Positions 1-10,587 of a stretch of 64,000 nt of DNA are shown one piece after another; positions within the stretch are counted from its first letter, which is position 1; each line of letters begins with the position of its first letter. This DNA is from Blastocatellia bacterium (lineage in GTDB: Bacteria > Acidobacteriota > Blastocatellia > UBA7656), in the NCBI GenBank assembly GCA_963765495.1, contig CAVXWP010000002.1:1-64000 (forward strand), written 5' to 3'. The translations under genes were made by a program, and so were the position numbers. The notes beneath the pieces were generated by a model that worked only from the letters and a program-made list of their open reading frames with translations, ran no database searches and had not been told where the DNA came from.

Positions 1-276
1 CGATAAGAGAGAAGGCAGAGAAAGGAGAGAAGGAGTGGAAGAAAGAGAGTGGGTATCACAAGAGGAGCTTGGTAGAGACACAGATGGGCAGGCTGAAGGG
101 GATATTAGGAGAGCGAATGAGCAGTAGGAAGATGGAGACACAGATGACGGAGGCAAGGATCAAGTGCATGGTGATGAATCGGATGAGCGAGTTAGGGATG
201 CCCGACACAGTAGCATTCTAAAAGAGGTCGAAGTCTGGGTGAAGTCTATCTTCATCTCGAATTGCGCAACAAAGCC
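1..276 (+). mobile_element. IS5 family (IS903-like) element, right end; transposase C-terminus <3..221
   Basis: Manual translation gives ...WKKESGYHKRSLVETQMGRLKGILG...MPDTVAF*. The end ...GCGCAACAAAGCC resembles the IS903 terminal inverted repeat. Confidence 0.85.
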
Positions 277-423
277 CTCGCCTTTGTCGTTGGCCGCGCT
301 CGGCTTTCTGGGCAATTCAATCAAGGCATATCGGGAGGCGCGGCCCCTTGTCGAGATCGTTCGTTGTTCCGGTTTTATCATCGCTACTTTGTCCTGGCTT
401 TTGGTCAGCATTTTTCCCCACGA
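277..423 (-). other. ORF-less cassette family C (copy 1, abuts IS5)
   Basis: Homologous to 3663-3843, 19253-19428 and 50187-50362; contains the GGCCGCGC...GCGCGGCC stem. Confidence 0.75.
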
Positions 424-502
424 GCCTAACGCCGAGATAACCGGCGCGCTGTGGCGTGGCTTCAACTGAGTAGTTGGCAAGCGCGTCCGGTTGATTGAGT
501 AG

Positions 503-931
503 TTAGGCTGCTTCCACTTTGGCGCTCCGTAGAGCCTCTATTAAATCATTTCTACTATAGCTTCCAAAGAAATCAGGAGATTCATCCCAGAGTTCCTGTG
601 GATTACTTATGAAGTGCTTAAGGTCGGCTGTATCAACAACATTGAGTTGGTAGCCATTGCCTCTTACCACTACGCACTTGAGCATAACCTCATCCGCTTG
701 CACGATTGCTTTGAAGCATTCTATTGCCTCGTCATCTAAACTCTAGGGAAGGTATAGGATCTGTCCCTCGCTAGCATCAGCCAAGGAATTTGCCCATTGG
801 GCGAGAATCTTCTTTAGTACAAACAGCCTGCCTTCTGCGGCCTTGTCCCACCATCGGTCGAAGTAATATGCGTAGTAAGATACGCTTTGGGTATCTAGTT
901 CTATCTTATCTTTTGTAATTCTTATATTCAT
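503..931 (-). pseudogene. Cassette gene for a hypothetical protein, interrupted by an in-frame TAG at 743-745
   Basis: ORFs 743..931 and 503..703 are in the same frame and joined by open codons (YLP*SLDDEAIECFK). The final TAA overlaps attC R''. Confidence 0.7.
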
Positions 932-1184
932 ACAAGGTACTCCGCTGACACGAAACGAAGAAATATATGCACTGAACAGTACCGATTCTAATCACAATAG
1001 GATTGAGACTCAAATCGAGTTGCTGAGATGAGAAAGAAAATAAAATCTCATAGTCTTATCCATACCAAGAACCGTGGGGCTAAAGAGGAAGCCTAACGCC
1101 GAGATAACCGGCCCGCTGTGGTTGAAGGGATAATGAAACGGTGGTATGCGGGTCCGGTTGATTGAGCAGTTAGGCTCCGTACTG

Positions 1185-1664
1185 CTATAGGTTATTTGCC
1201 CTCTCGAAATCCAACGCACTTTGAATCGAAGGAGCAATTAGATCGCAGAACTGAGTGCCATTCGTCCAAAGAACGTGGGCTGCCTGTTGCCCCTCTTTGC
1301 CGCAACAATAAATGGCGACAATTCTTCTTCCAACTCTATGTCTCTTGGCATTCAATTTAGAGGTCCGGTTGATAATTCTATACCCATCAAAACTCAATTC
1401 TTCATCCAACGCTTTATCTGCACTTCTAGCAGAAGAAAATTCATTGCAATTAAGATAGGGCTTCCAATCTGGTAAGTAATAATCATCTGGATTAGGTGAT
1501 AGTCCTCCGGAAGGTCGTGGTGTGGTTTCTTTTGTAGAGGGTCGCAGAGTATTTCGGATAGACGCTGGCTGCAAGTGGCGAGTAGACATGCAAAGGAAGG
1601 CGAGTGCCACGCCAGTTATAAAGGACAGGATTGCAATGCCTATGCGTGAAAATAAGGAGACCAT
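1185..1664 (-). CDS. Cassette hypothetical protein with N-terminal TM/signal (identical copy at 24770-25249)
   Basis: GGAGG RBS, hydrophobic N-terminus, bounded by attC sites. Confidence 0.8.
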   Translation of the reverse strand: MVSLFSRIGIAILSFITGVALAFLCMSTRHLQPASIRNTLRPSTKETTPRPSGGLSPNPDDYYLPDWKPYLNCNEFSSARSADKALDEELSFDGYRIINRTSKLNAKRHRVGRRIVAIYCCGKEGQQAAHVLWTNGTQFCDLIAPSIQSALDFERANNL

Positions 1665-1835
1665 TAAATCCTCCTATGCCCGAGAGAACGAGCTATTTAG
1701 TAGATGCTTGCAACTCAATTCAGTCTCGGTCATACCCAAGTCATTGGAGCCTAACGCCGGAGATAACCGGCGCGCTGTGGCCCCCGATGCCATCCAGAAG
1801 GTGGTATGCGCGTCCGGTTGATCGACCAGTTAGGC

Positions 1836-2096
1836 GCGTTCTGATTCGCAAGTATGTCACAGATAATTGCCTTCGTAATAGCCGCGCTGGCCCACTTTGC
1901 CTTTTAGCGAGGCTTTGACCTATCCTATTAAAGAAGCGCGGCGGAGTGTGAGGCTGACTCGACAGACGAAGAAAGGTGATCGCTGGTTGCAATCTGAGGG
2001 CCAGTGAGAGTCAAACAGCACAATTTGTAGGCAGGTAATATTGGCTGCGTTCTTGACGGCCAATGTGATTGATTCCCATCGACCAACTCCCAGCGC
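1836..2096 (-). other. ORF-less cassette family B (copy 1)
   Basis: Starts GTTAAG, ends ATCAGAACGCGCCTAAC; homologous to 13360-13620 and 48935-49198. Confidence 0.75.
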
Positions 2097-2208
2097 ACTT
2101 AACGCCGAATTCAGCGGCGCGCTGGTAGCTGGTGGAACACGAGCGGTTGGCATGCGCGTCCGCTGGAATGAGCAGTTAGGCCGGTTCCCGAGGTAAGATG
2201 TTCTCCAT

Positions 2209-2613
2209 CTATATAATTCGATAAATGTATGCGTCTTCGATAAATGTCCCATTGATAACATTGTGGCTGAATCTTATGCCAGATATTCCATCGCCCGTTC
2301 TTATGGCGACTCGTAGCAAAGATACAAGCGGATCATTTGAATCAATAACTGATACATCTTTAAGAGATATTTTAGGCTGATCCTCAGGCATTTTAGATAT
2401 AACCGATTGAACTTGCTTATAAGCTTTCTTCGGACCCTCCGTTCTTACTTCTGGACTAGCTATAATAAATCTCCAAGCATTAACTTCAGCAATATAGAGC
2501 CAAAGCGATGCAGTGACAATAAATCCTGTCTCATCAAGACGGCGAATGAGTTCGTTTCCAGCGGAAATCATTTCGCTGGACAAAGTTTCCTTTACCACCA
2601 CTTCTGTAACCAT
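2209..2613 (-). CDS. Hypothetical partner of HEPN protein (putative antitoxin)
   Basis: Overlaps the HEPN gene within a two-gene cassette. Confidence 0.7.
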   Translation of the reverse strand: MVTEVVVKETLSSEMISAGNELIRRLDETGFIVTASLWLYIAEVNAWRFIIASPEVRTEGPKKAYKQVQSVISKMPEDQPKISLKDVSVIDSNDPLVSLLRVAIRTGDGISGIRFSHNVINGTFIEDAYIYRII

Positions 2614-3017
2614 GGCAAAATACCACTCCTTCTGCTAACGACCGCCGCACGAAAATCCTTTACTTTTGCTCTACTAACCCCAGCAACATATCTCGACTGT
2701 TCTGACCAGTCTTTAACAATTGTCCAATTCACCTCGAAATTAGGGTTCCTTTTGCTTTCCTTACGATATTCAGGTTCAAGGCCTGACACACTGAGAAGTT
2801 TGTTCAAGTCATGAGTGTATATATCATTAATGAACTTCTTTTCTGGAAAATCATAACGCCTCGTTTGTTTAGCAATGTAAGCCTTAAAAGCACACTCAAC
2901 GGCATAACCCAAGAGATAATAAGCTCCCTCATAACGGCGATTATCAAATAACACTTTCGCATCCCGCAACCTTATTTTAGTAAGACGCTGCAAGTCAGTG
3001 CGATTCATATATCGCAT
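2592..3017 (-). CDS. HEPN domain protein
   Basis: RLRDAKVLFDNRRYEGAYYLLGYAVECAFKA...HDLNKL is a HEPN-like signature. Confidence 0.8.
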   Translation of the reverse strand: MRYMNRTDLQRLTKIRLRDAKVLFDNRRYEGAYYLLGYAVECAFKAYIAKQTRRYDFPEKKFINDIYTHDLNKLLSVSGLEPEYRKESKRNPNFEVNWTIVKDWSEQSRYVAGVSRAKVKDFRAAVVSRRSGILPWLQKWW

Positions 3018-3151
3018 TATGACTCATTATGATGATTTGGTCTATCGCAACGAGTGGGGACGGAGGCCTAACACCGAGTTCAGCGGCGCGCCGTGGCCTC
3101 CGCTTCAACTGAGTAGCTGGAATGCGCGTCCGCTGGAATGAGCAGTTAGGC

Positions 3152-3577
3152 GGCTCCTTTCGGGATTCATTCATTTCCTTGGGCTTTCCTGACAGGCTTC
3201 TTCCATTTCTTATCTCCTGTTTCATCTCAGTTTCTCCTCTTGCGCGCAATTCATACCTTCTCCGCTGGGGCAGGTTTTCTTGTCGGGGAAACTGCTTGAT
3301 GTGCCAAGTTCCTCCTTTCCAAACAGTCTTCTCTGGCTCTTTGCTCAACAGGTAATTGGCTGCCGGAGTATCTTTGCGAGATAGGTTTATCTTTGAGCAA
3401 GCCTGAAAAGAGAGCATCAGAAGAAAGGAGTTCAGATAAGGGAGAGTTGAGAGAAACAAACAGAGTTGAATCAGGTAAAGAGGAGCGAGAGGCGAGCAAG
3501 TAGCAGTCCTCACTATGTCTCACTCGATCATGTTTTCATATCATTGCTTGGTGAGTCGTATCGGTTGTGAGATTGAC
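3152..3577 (-). other. ORF-less cassette family A (copy 1)
   Basis: Conserved motifs CGACTCA..AAGCA, AGGAC..CTTGCTCGC, TGCTCAA, CCTGTTGAG, TTGGCACATCAAGC, AAAACCTG. Confidence 0.8.
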
Positions 3578-3662
3578 GCCTAACGCGGAGATAACCGGCC
3601 CGCCGTGGGCAAAGGGATAACGAGAGGTTGGCATGCGGGTCCGGTTGATCGACCTGTTAGGC

Positions 3663-3843
3663 CCGCCTTTGTCTTTGGCCGCGCTCGGCGCTTATTTCGA
3701 GCAAATCAGTCTGCCTCGATTGGCGCGGCCCCAACCTTAACTCCTTGCTTGGTGTTTTGACCTTTTCGTCATCATGGTCTTGTTGTCCGAAATACCTTTG
3801 CATCCAATTCGTTGCTGTTGGTCAGGTACTTTCCCGCGAGCCT
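3663..3843 (-). other. ORF-less cassette family C (copy 2)
   Basis: Homology to 50187-50362. Confidence 0.75.
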
Positions 3844-5318
3844 ACTATGAAAATGTCCGGATGTGGCTCACGCAGCAGGTTGAACCTCTTCAACAGTGAC
3901 TTTCAATCCCGTTGCTTCGAGCCGATCAATCAATCGCTTCCTTTGCCTCTCTACATTCTGTTTGTCAAGGTAATCTCCTCCCAACTCTTTATAACTCATC
4001 TGTCGTTCGATCACATGATAAACAATTACCAAAAGTGTGTGGCCGACTGCCACCAATGCCTTCTTCTTCCCCAGCCGCTTCGCTAGCCTTCTATACTGCG
4101 CTGACAGATATGTCTGCTTTGTATGACTCGCTGCCCACGCCGCTTGTACCAGCGCCTCCCGCACATAGGTATTCCCTTTCGTCGTCTTCCCGCTACGCCG
4201 CTTGCCTGCCGATTCGTTATTTCCCGGACACATCCCTGCCCAACTCGAAATATGGCTGTCTGTCGGAAAGCGATCCATATCCACTCCGATCTCTGAGACT
4301 ATTGTTTCTGCCACTCTCTCTCCTATCCCTGGTATTGTTTGTAGCAGTTCTACGGCTTTAGAGACAAAAGGGTCGGCGCTCTCTCCCACCTCCTCGTCAA
4401 TCTGTTGCTCGACTCGTTTGACGGCAACTTCTACTTCTTCATATCGGGTCAGTAACTCGCCCAGCACAAAGCGTTGAGATTTCGTCAGTCGGCCTTCAAG
4501 AGCACGTTTGAGTTGGGGACGCTTGCTTCGCATACGTCGGCGAGCAAACTCACTCAACTTCTCGGCATCGCGCTCACCTGCTGCCAGTGCTCGCAACATC
4601 TGCCTGCCACTGACTCCCAAGACGTCGGTGGCGACTTGTCCGAGCTTGATGTTGGCACTCTCGATCAACTTCTGTATGCGATTGGCAATAGTCGCATTCT
4701 CTTTAACCAACTGCTGACGATAGCGTGTCAACTCTCTCAACTCCCTTATCTCAAGCGGAGGAATGAAGCTGGGCTTTAACAGACCGTGGCGCAGCAAATC
4801 GGCCAACCATTCGCAATCTTTTACATCGGTCTTACGGCCTGGAATACCTTTGTAGTGGCGGGCATTGACAAGCAAGACTTCTACGTTGCCTTCAAGGATG
4901 TTGAAGACAGGCTTCCAGTAAACACCCGTGCTTTCTATTGCAGCAATCGTGCAGCCTTCGGCTATGAGCCAATCCGAAAGACGAAGTAAGTCATCGGTCA
5001 TAGTAGAGAAAGTGCGGACTTCTTTCTTGCCGTGCTTAATGAGGCAAGCGACAACAGTCTTGGCGTGAACATCGAGGCCGCAACAACAAGAATAGATGAT
5101 CTCCATAGCTACCTCTTTCTGGCCAGGGCGTGAGAGCCTTGTTAATGAAGAGTCTACTATGCGTGCTCGAAGCAACAGTTGGTGGTGCCAGAAAGGCTCT
5201 CAGGTCAGGCTGCTATTCGGGCTTGAGGCACCAAGGCTGTACGACCTTATCTGACGCCGCTGACCACAGAGAGTTTAGTCGAACTCGCCCATATTTTCAT
5301 CATTCGTGGCGAAGCCTC
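3844..5318 (-). mobile_element. IS110-family element type 2; left end truncated by ISAs1
   Basis: Right end ATTTTCATAGTAGGC joins a cassette start AGGCTCGCGGG. The ~210-bp upstream non-coding region is homologous to that of the type-1 IS110 but stops about 12 bp short of the end. Confidence 0.85.
3868..5106 (-). CDS. IS110 family transposase/recombinase (DEDD)
   Basis: GLDVHA, IESTGVYW, RKTDVKD, IPGIG and GNNESAGK (catalytic Ser) motifs; 412 aa. Confidence 0.95.
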   Translation of the reverse strand: MEIIYSCCCGLDVHAKTVVACLIKHGKKEVRTFSTMTDDLLRLSDWLIAEGCTIAAIESTGVYWKPVFNILEGNVEVLLVNARHYKGIPGRKTDVKDCEWLADLLRHGLLKPSFIPPLEIRELRELTRYRQQLVKENATIANRIQKLIESANIKLGQVATDVLGVSGRQMLRALAAGERDAEKLSEFARRRMRSKRPQLKRALEGRLTKSQRFVLGELLTRYEEVEVAVKRVEQQIDEEVGESADPFVSKAVELLQTIPGIGERVAETIVSEIGVDMDRFPTDSHISSWAGMCPGNNESAGKRRSGKTTKGNTYVREALVQAAWAASHTKQTYLSAQYRRLAKRLGKKKALVAVGHTLLVIVYHVIERQMSYKELGGDYLDKQNVERQRKRLIDRLEATGLKVTVEEVQPAA

Positions 5319-6623
5319 CAGGGCTGTTGCAAAGTAGGCTCAACGACGCAATATTAGATTTAGGGCCTCTTGCGGATTGGCGTTGTAGCGCCGCCTTGCT
5401 TCCGGCAGATTCTTCAAACCCTGCCTTAATACCATTGCGATTACCAGATTGTTTATCACTGCCAAGCTCTCTGCTGCATGCCCTGTCTTCAACCTACAAT
5501 AGTCCTCTTTCATTGTCTTATCTCTTCGGTAGTGTAACCCATTCTCCACTTGCCAATGCTTTCGCACCACCTGTAGCATCCTTTCAGCATCTGCTTCCTT
5601 CTTTGTCAGGCTTGTTATTCCATAGCTTGTTTCGCTTCGCTTCTTTCCTGTAGACACTATTTCAACTTCTCGCTCTATCTTGTAGACTTGTTCCAAGTAT
5701 GGCCAATCCATCTCTCCTGCCATCATTGAACTTGTTGTTATCTTTCTGTGTTCAATTCGCCCGTGATGTTTCTCTATAGAGCAGGCTGTGGCCAGATCGT
5801 TTTTCATCTCTTTGAGTTTGGTTTTACCCTCTTCTATTTCGAACAATGTTTCAATCTCTGAGCGCAGGTGGGCTTGATTGTCCTTGACTGTCCAGACGTA
5901 ATCGCCGCCAGCTTCGACGACTTGTCGAGAGAGTTCACGTTGTGCAAACATGGCATCACCAGTCACTATTTTCCCCTGTAAATCTATAGATTTAAGCAAG
6001 CGAGGGGCAGCAGATATTTCATTCTCTTTTGATCCTACTTCCATCTGCAAGAGCACAACGCCTTGATCTGGGAGATAGGCTGCAAGCAGATGCAACCCTT
6101 TAGTCTGACCTGCTGGTATAGTCCCTCTAAGAGTCTTTCCATCCATGTTCATTTCTACTGATTGTTCTGCTTTATCAGCAGAAAGCAGAAAGAGACTGAG
6201 AAGTTGTTGAAATTCATTAAGATCAAAAGCCTTGCCAAGTATACGAGAGTAAGTAGTAGGGTGAGGAGTGGAATCTCGATCAAAATCGAGAGCCTCACGA
6301 AGAAACTGCTTTCTCAAAGCAATCCAATGAGCAATGCCACGAGGCTCATCCTCGCCAGCAAGTTTAGCCAGAACGACAAAGACCAAAGCAAGTGCAAGAG
6401 GGTATCGCTTACCTTTAGCTTTGCGATGATCTTTGAGATTCCCTAGATAATGATAGAGACTCCCGACATCGAAGAAAAAGGGAGAATCCCCAGGAACAAT
6501 AGAAGCGGCAAAAGTGTTATACTCCATCAGAGACCTACCTCCGGTTTGTAAAGTGTTTGATTCAAAGAACAACCGGATAAGGTCTTTTCTCTTATCTTGT
6601 CAAGCTACTTTGCAACAGCCCTG
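5319..6623 (-). mobile_element. ISAs1 family element
   Basis: TIR CAGGGCTGTTGCAAAGTAG / CTACTTTGCAACAGCCCTG; no flanking direct repeat. Confidence 0.9.
5340..6527 (-). CDS. ISAs1 family transposase
   Basis: DGKTLRG, KENEI, TGDAMFAQ, VKDNQ, HGRIE and HWQVENGLHYRRD motifs. Confidence 0.95.
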   Translation of the reverse strand: MEYNTFAASIVPGDSPFFFDVGSLYHYLGNLKDHRKAKGKRYPLALALVFVVLAKLAGEDEPRGIAHWIALRKQFLREALDFDRDSTPHPTTYSRILGKAFDLNEFQQLLSLFLLSADKAEQSVEMNMDGKTLRGTIPAGQTKGLHLLAAYLPDQGVVLLQMEVGSKENEISAAPRLLKSIDLQGKIVTGDAMFAQRELSRQVVEAGGDYVWTVKDNQAHLRSEIETLFEIEEGKTKLKEMKNDLATACSIEKHHGRIEHRKITTSSMMAGEMDWPYLEQVYKIEREVEIVSTGKKRSETSYGITSLTKKEADAERMLQVVRKHWQVENGLHYRRDKTMKEDYCRLKTGHAAESLAVINNLVIAMVLRQGLKNLPEARRRYNANPQEALNLILRR

Positions 6624-6768
6624 GTTGGAATATTGGAATTGCTTTGGTTTATCCACACTAGGATTTTGGGTGTCATCGCGTGAGCCTAACGACGAGTTCA
6701 GCGGCGCGCCGGTAGCTGGTGGAACGCGAGTAGTTGGAAAGCGCGTCCGCTGGAATGAGCAGTTAGGC

Positions 6769-7204
6769 GGCTTCCTTCGCCGATTCATCCTTCTTGAGCT
6801 TTCCTGATCATAACCCTCCTATTCTTATCTCTCGTTTCTGCACAGTTTCTCTTCTTCCTCACAGGTCATTTCCTCTCTCGTGCGACAGGTGTTGCTCTCT
6901 TTCGTCGGGGAAGCTTTTTGATCTGCCTACTTCCTCTTTTCCAAACTCGCCTCTCTGATGCTTGTCTCAACAGGCAATCGGCTGAACAGGCTTCTTCGCC
7001 AGACAGGTTTATATGAGCAATGCTGAAAGACTGCTTTGGGAGAAAGAAGTGTCAGATGAAGGAGCAGGGATGAGAGACACAGCAGAGTAGTATGGGATAA
7101 AGAGGCAAGAGAATCGAGCAAGTAGGGGTCCTGGCGATGACTTGCCTGGACAGGTTTCAACAGCAAGGCAAACTGAGTCGTCTCCCTTTCGTCGGTGATC
7201 TGAC
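6769..7204 (-). other. ORF-less cassette family A (copy 2)
   Basis: Family A motifs between two attC. Confidence 0.8.
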
Positions 7205-7320
7205 GCCTAACGCCGAGTTCAGCGGCGCGCTGGTATTTGAGGGATAATGAATCGTTGGCAAGCGCGTCCGCTGGAATGAGCAGTTAGGCCAGACATCGAG
7301 GACTGATATTAGACCCCACA

Positions 7321-7644
7321 TCAAGCCATTTCAAAAAAGTCGAACCCATTTTCTCTTGCCCTCCGTTGGTATTCCCTTACCCTTTCCTCGTCAGCCGCGA
7401 CATCCGGCATTGTGCCACCATAGATCGTTGCCAGATTGTTAAATGAAAGTCCACATCCCTTTTTGCCTGCTTTAAGATACCACTCTATGGCTTTAAGGCC
7501 ATTTGGCTCTGTGCCCCATCCAAGCTGATACAGGCTACCTACAAGGCACTGAGCAACGATTTCTCCTTTTTCTGCAAAGGGGTACAGTAGGGCAAACGCT
7601 CTATCATAGTCACCGCTCTGATATGTCGAGAATGCCTCTTGCAT
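7321..7644 (-). CDS. Sel1-like repeat protein (cassette)
   Basis: AEKGEIVAQCLVGSLYQLGWG...AIEWYLKAGKKG is a Sel1 pattern. Confidence 0.85.
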   Translation of the reverse strand: MQEAFSTYQSGDYDRAFALLYPFAEKGEIVAQCLVGSLYQLGWGTEPNGLKAIEWYLKAGKKGCGLSFNNLATIYGGTMPDVAADEERVREYQRRARENGFDFFEMA

Positions 7645-7955
7645 TTCTGAAATTTGTCCATCCAAGAAAGGAACACAAAATGAGCAACGCAAAAGTACCT
7701 CCCCAGAAACAGGGTAGCAGAATTGAGCCTATGGGCAAGGGAAAGGATGAAATAGAAAAGCAAAATCATAAGGCATAAAAGTTTAGGCGATCTAAGGAGA
7801 GGTGATGATGGCTAAAAAGGACCTTTATATCGCTTTATCCACACCATGATTTTGGTTGGTAGCCAGAGGGGCCTAACGCCGAGTTCAGCGGCGCGCCGGT
7901 AGCAGAGGGAAAATGAGTCGTTGGAAAGCGCGTCCGCTGGAATGAGCAGTTAGGC

Positions 7956-8388
7956 GGCTTCCTTCGCCCCTCCATCCTCCTTCCTCTTGGCCGATCATTA
8001 CCTCCCATTTCTCTTCTCCTCTTTCGCCTCTGTTTCTCCTCCTCCCTACTGTTATCCTCTCTTGCGTAATAGGGTTTCTTGCTTGTTGTCGCGGAAGGTT
8101 CCTGATCTCCCAGCTTGCCTTTCCCACACTCTCTTCTCTGCTGGTTGGCTCACCAAACCATTCAACTGCGAAGCTATCTTTGCCAGACAGGTCTATCTTT
8201 GAGCAAAGTTGAATAGTTGCTATTGGAAAAGGAAATATCCAATAAAGGAGCAGAAATGATCGAATAAGCAGAGGTGCATCTGGTAAAGAGCAATGAGAAG
8301 CGAGCAAGTGGATGTCCTGGCGATGTCTTACCTAATATTGTTTTCGCCTCATTGCTTGGTAAGTCGTTTCGCTTCTGAGAGATTGACG
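7956..8388 (-). other. ORF-less cassette family A (copy 3)
   Basis: Family A motifs; its R' core is split by the intron. Confidence 0.8.
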
Positions 8389-9207
8389 GTCGGGTAAGGA
8401 GGCGATGTTATCATCGCCCCCTCCCCTCAGAACGGTACGGGCATCTTTCGACGCATACCGCTCAAGCATCTCAAAGGCTTCTTGCGAAACCCGGTCGTGC
8501 TTCTCAACACCACCTTCACGATACTCATTTGCTGCCGATTTGCCTTTCAGCCGGAAGCTGCACCAGCCAGTGTTGCCACTGCCGTCATCTGCGTTGCTTC
8601 CTGTATCGGTTCGTCAAACTCTCTCGTGACGAGACACCAGATGGAAGTCTGCACGCTTTCGCGTGAGGTGATCTTGCCATTGGCTCAACCTCTATCCAGT
8701 TCATTACAAACTGGCTTTCGCTTCCTCCATCTTCCTTTACCCGCCACTCCATCAATCGACCTTGCGGCTGATCTACCCCGCAGGGAGAGCGACGGGCTTA
8801 CCACGTTCCGCGTGCGTGCCAGAGTGGGTTAGGTCGTGCCTCTTGGCCGGTGGTTCGACATCTGCGACGGGCGAGTTAGGAGCGCCCGTGCCTGACCACT
8901 TGCCTTTTGGCCCAAGCGTCAAAGCATCTTCCGCTTGTTCCGGTTAACGACCTTTATCAGCACTTCACCTGGGTTGACCATACCACTCAATCCTAGTCCC
9001 CGACCCCTTTGATGCTAGGAGTCGCAACCGCTTCTCACGATTAAGTTGCCACTTCACAAAGGAAGTGAGGATACATTGTCCCGCAGGCTTCGCACCTCGC
9101 CGTTTGAAGCGACGCACGCTACGGTAGGATACTGATGGCAGAACATCAGGTTATATCCGGTTTCAAACAACCGTCATAACAGCCATTCACGCGACTTCGT
9201 GTCGCAC
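8389..9207 (-). ncRNA. ORF-less group II intron (IIB/CL1-like), copy 1, 819 nt
   Basis: 5' GTGCG; 34-nt domain V GAGCGGTATGCGTCGAAAGATGCCCGTACCGTTC; domain VI ending ...CCGAC; inserted at attC GTTAGG|C. Confidence 0.93.
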
Positions 9208-9299
9208 CCTAACGCCCCGGTTGACCGGCGCGCTGGTAGTTGTTGGAACCTGAGTAGTTGGATAGCGCGTCCGGTCGAACCGGCTTGTTAGACGCGTAG

Positions 9300-9740
9300 T
9301 TATTCACGACAGGCAATCTCTTTCCATCGAATCCTTGCATACCGCTCTTTGTTATCCCCGCCATTGCGCAAAATCGTAACCCGCTCGTAGTTGTCCACTC
9401 CTCCCCAGCAATTATCTAAAGGTAAGCACCTCATGTTAAGAAAGTTTCCCATGAGTTGTTTCCCACGCTGGCTTATTGGTACCAACTCATCAATTATTTC
9501 CGTTAGTTCCTTTGATCGCATAGTCTTCGTTATTGGGTAATTTAAGTCCGATGTTAACTGTTGCCGATGGATTATCATTTCGCAGACATCTCCGGTCTCA
9601 GAATATCTAAAGGTAACAAAGACATCGGGTCGGATAGTGAGTGTCTCTGAGATAGGTGAGCCATATTTCTTGAGGAGTTCTTCTCGGGATTGTGCGTTAG
9701 CAGTTATGCAGATAAACAAAATGGCGAAGAAAGCTTTCAT
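9300..9740 (-). CDS. Secreted hypothetical protein (cassette)
   Basis: Signal peptide MKAFFAILFICITANAQ; GGAGG RBS. Confidence 0.8.
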   Translation of the reverse strand: MKAFFAILFICITANAQSREELLKKYGSPISETLTIRPDVFVTFRYSETGDVCEMIIHRQQLTSDLNYPITKTMRSKELTEIIDELVPISQRGKQLMGNFLNMRCLPLDNCWGGVDNYERVTILRNGGDNKERYARIRWKEIACRE

Positions 9741-9868
9741 AATGCACCTCCGATTCCATAATACGGCCAGTCACAGGCAAGCGCTTAACGCCGGAGATAA
9801 CCGGCCCGCTGTGGGCTCAGGGATAATGAAGGGTTGGAATGCGGGTCCGGTTGATGGACCAGTTAGGC

Positions 9869-10061
9869 GCATTCCACCTTGAAGGTTCGGTAAAGATACC
9901 ACTGTCGAAATGCCAAGCCGCGCCAACAGATAGCTTCGACTCAACCGGAATTTATCGGGTAGCGCGGCGCAGTGATTGTGTCAGTACACTTTGTAGACAT
10001 GTAGTCTGATTGCTTGGTTGACGATCAGTGTAGCTCATTATCACGGATCGCTTCCCTGTGC
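9869..10061 (-). other. ORF-less cassette family B, short variant (identical to 25420-25612)
   Basis: Starts GTTAAGCGC; shares TGTCTACAA, GCCGCGC and GCGCGGCTT blocks with other family B copies. Confidence 0.7.
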
Positions 10062-10147
10062 GCTTAACGCCGGGCATCAGCGGCCCGCCGTGGTTGAAGG
10101 GATAATGAAATGGTGGTATGCGGGTCCGGTTGATTGAGCAGTTAGGC

Positions 10148-10502
10148 GGTCCCTTGCCTGTTTCATTACTTGAGCTTTGCTGGCCCTGATCCTCCAATTC
10201 TCAGCCTCACTTTCTGAGATAGGTTTTCCTGCTATTGCTTAGGAAGCAGCTTGATGTGCCAAGTTCGTCTTTTCCAATCAGGTTTGTGCTGCCGCTTACC
10301 TCAACAGGCAATTGCCATGTGAAGGTATCTTTTCGAGGTGGGTTTATCATTGAGCAATGCTGAACAATCGTTTGGAAGAAATATCATATGAAGGAGCAAG
10401 AGAAGAGAGAAGCGAGCAAGAGGCTCTCCTCGCTATGACTCGCCTGAACTGGTTTTCGTAGCGTTGCTTGATGAGTCGTTTCCCTCTCATCGACGTTCTG
10501 CC
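10148..10502 (-). other. ORF-less cassette family A (copy 4)
   Basis: Family A motifs. Confidence 0.8.
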
Positions 10503-10587
10503 GCCTAACGACGAGATAACCGGCCCGCTGTGGTTGAAGGGATAATGAAACGGTGGTATGCGGGTCCGGTTGATTGAGCAGTTAGGC

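Noticed and set aside
2995-3523. ORFs in family A cassettes and ORFs containing 'PNCSFQRTR/PNCSINRTR'
   Set aside because: These peptides are translations of attC or low-complexity tracts. Frames are not conserved between copies and there is no RBS.
8405-8947. Plus-strand ORFs repeated three times (74, 116, 61 aa)
   Set aside because: They are antisense shadows of the intron RNA and are identical only because the intron is repeated.
8389-9207. Classical group IIC-attC intron
   Set aside because: The full-length 34-nt domain V with AGC triad, 819-nt size, and top-strand, sense-oriented insertion do not fit class C.
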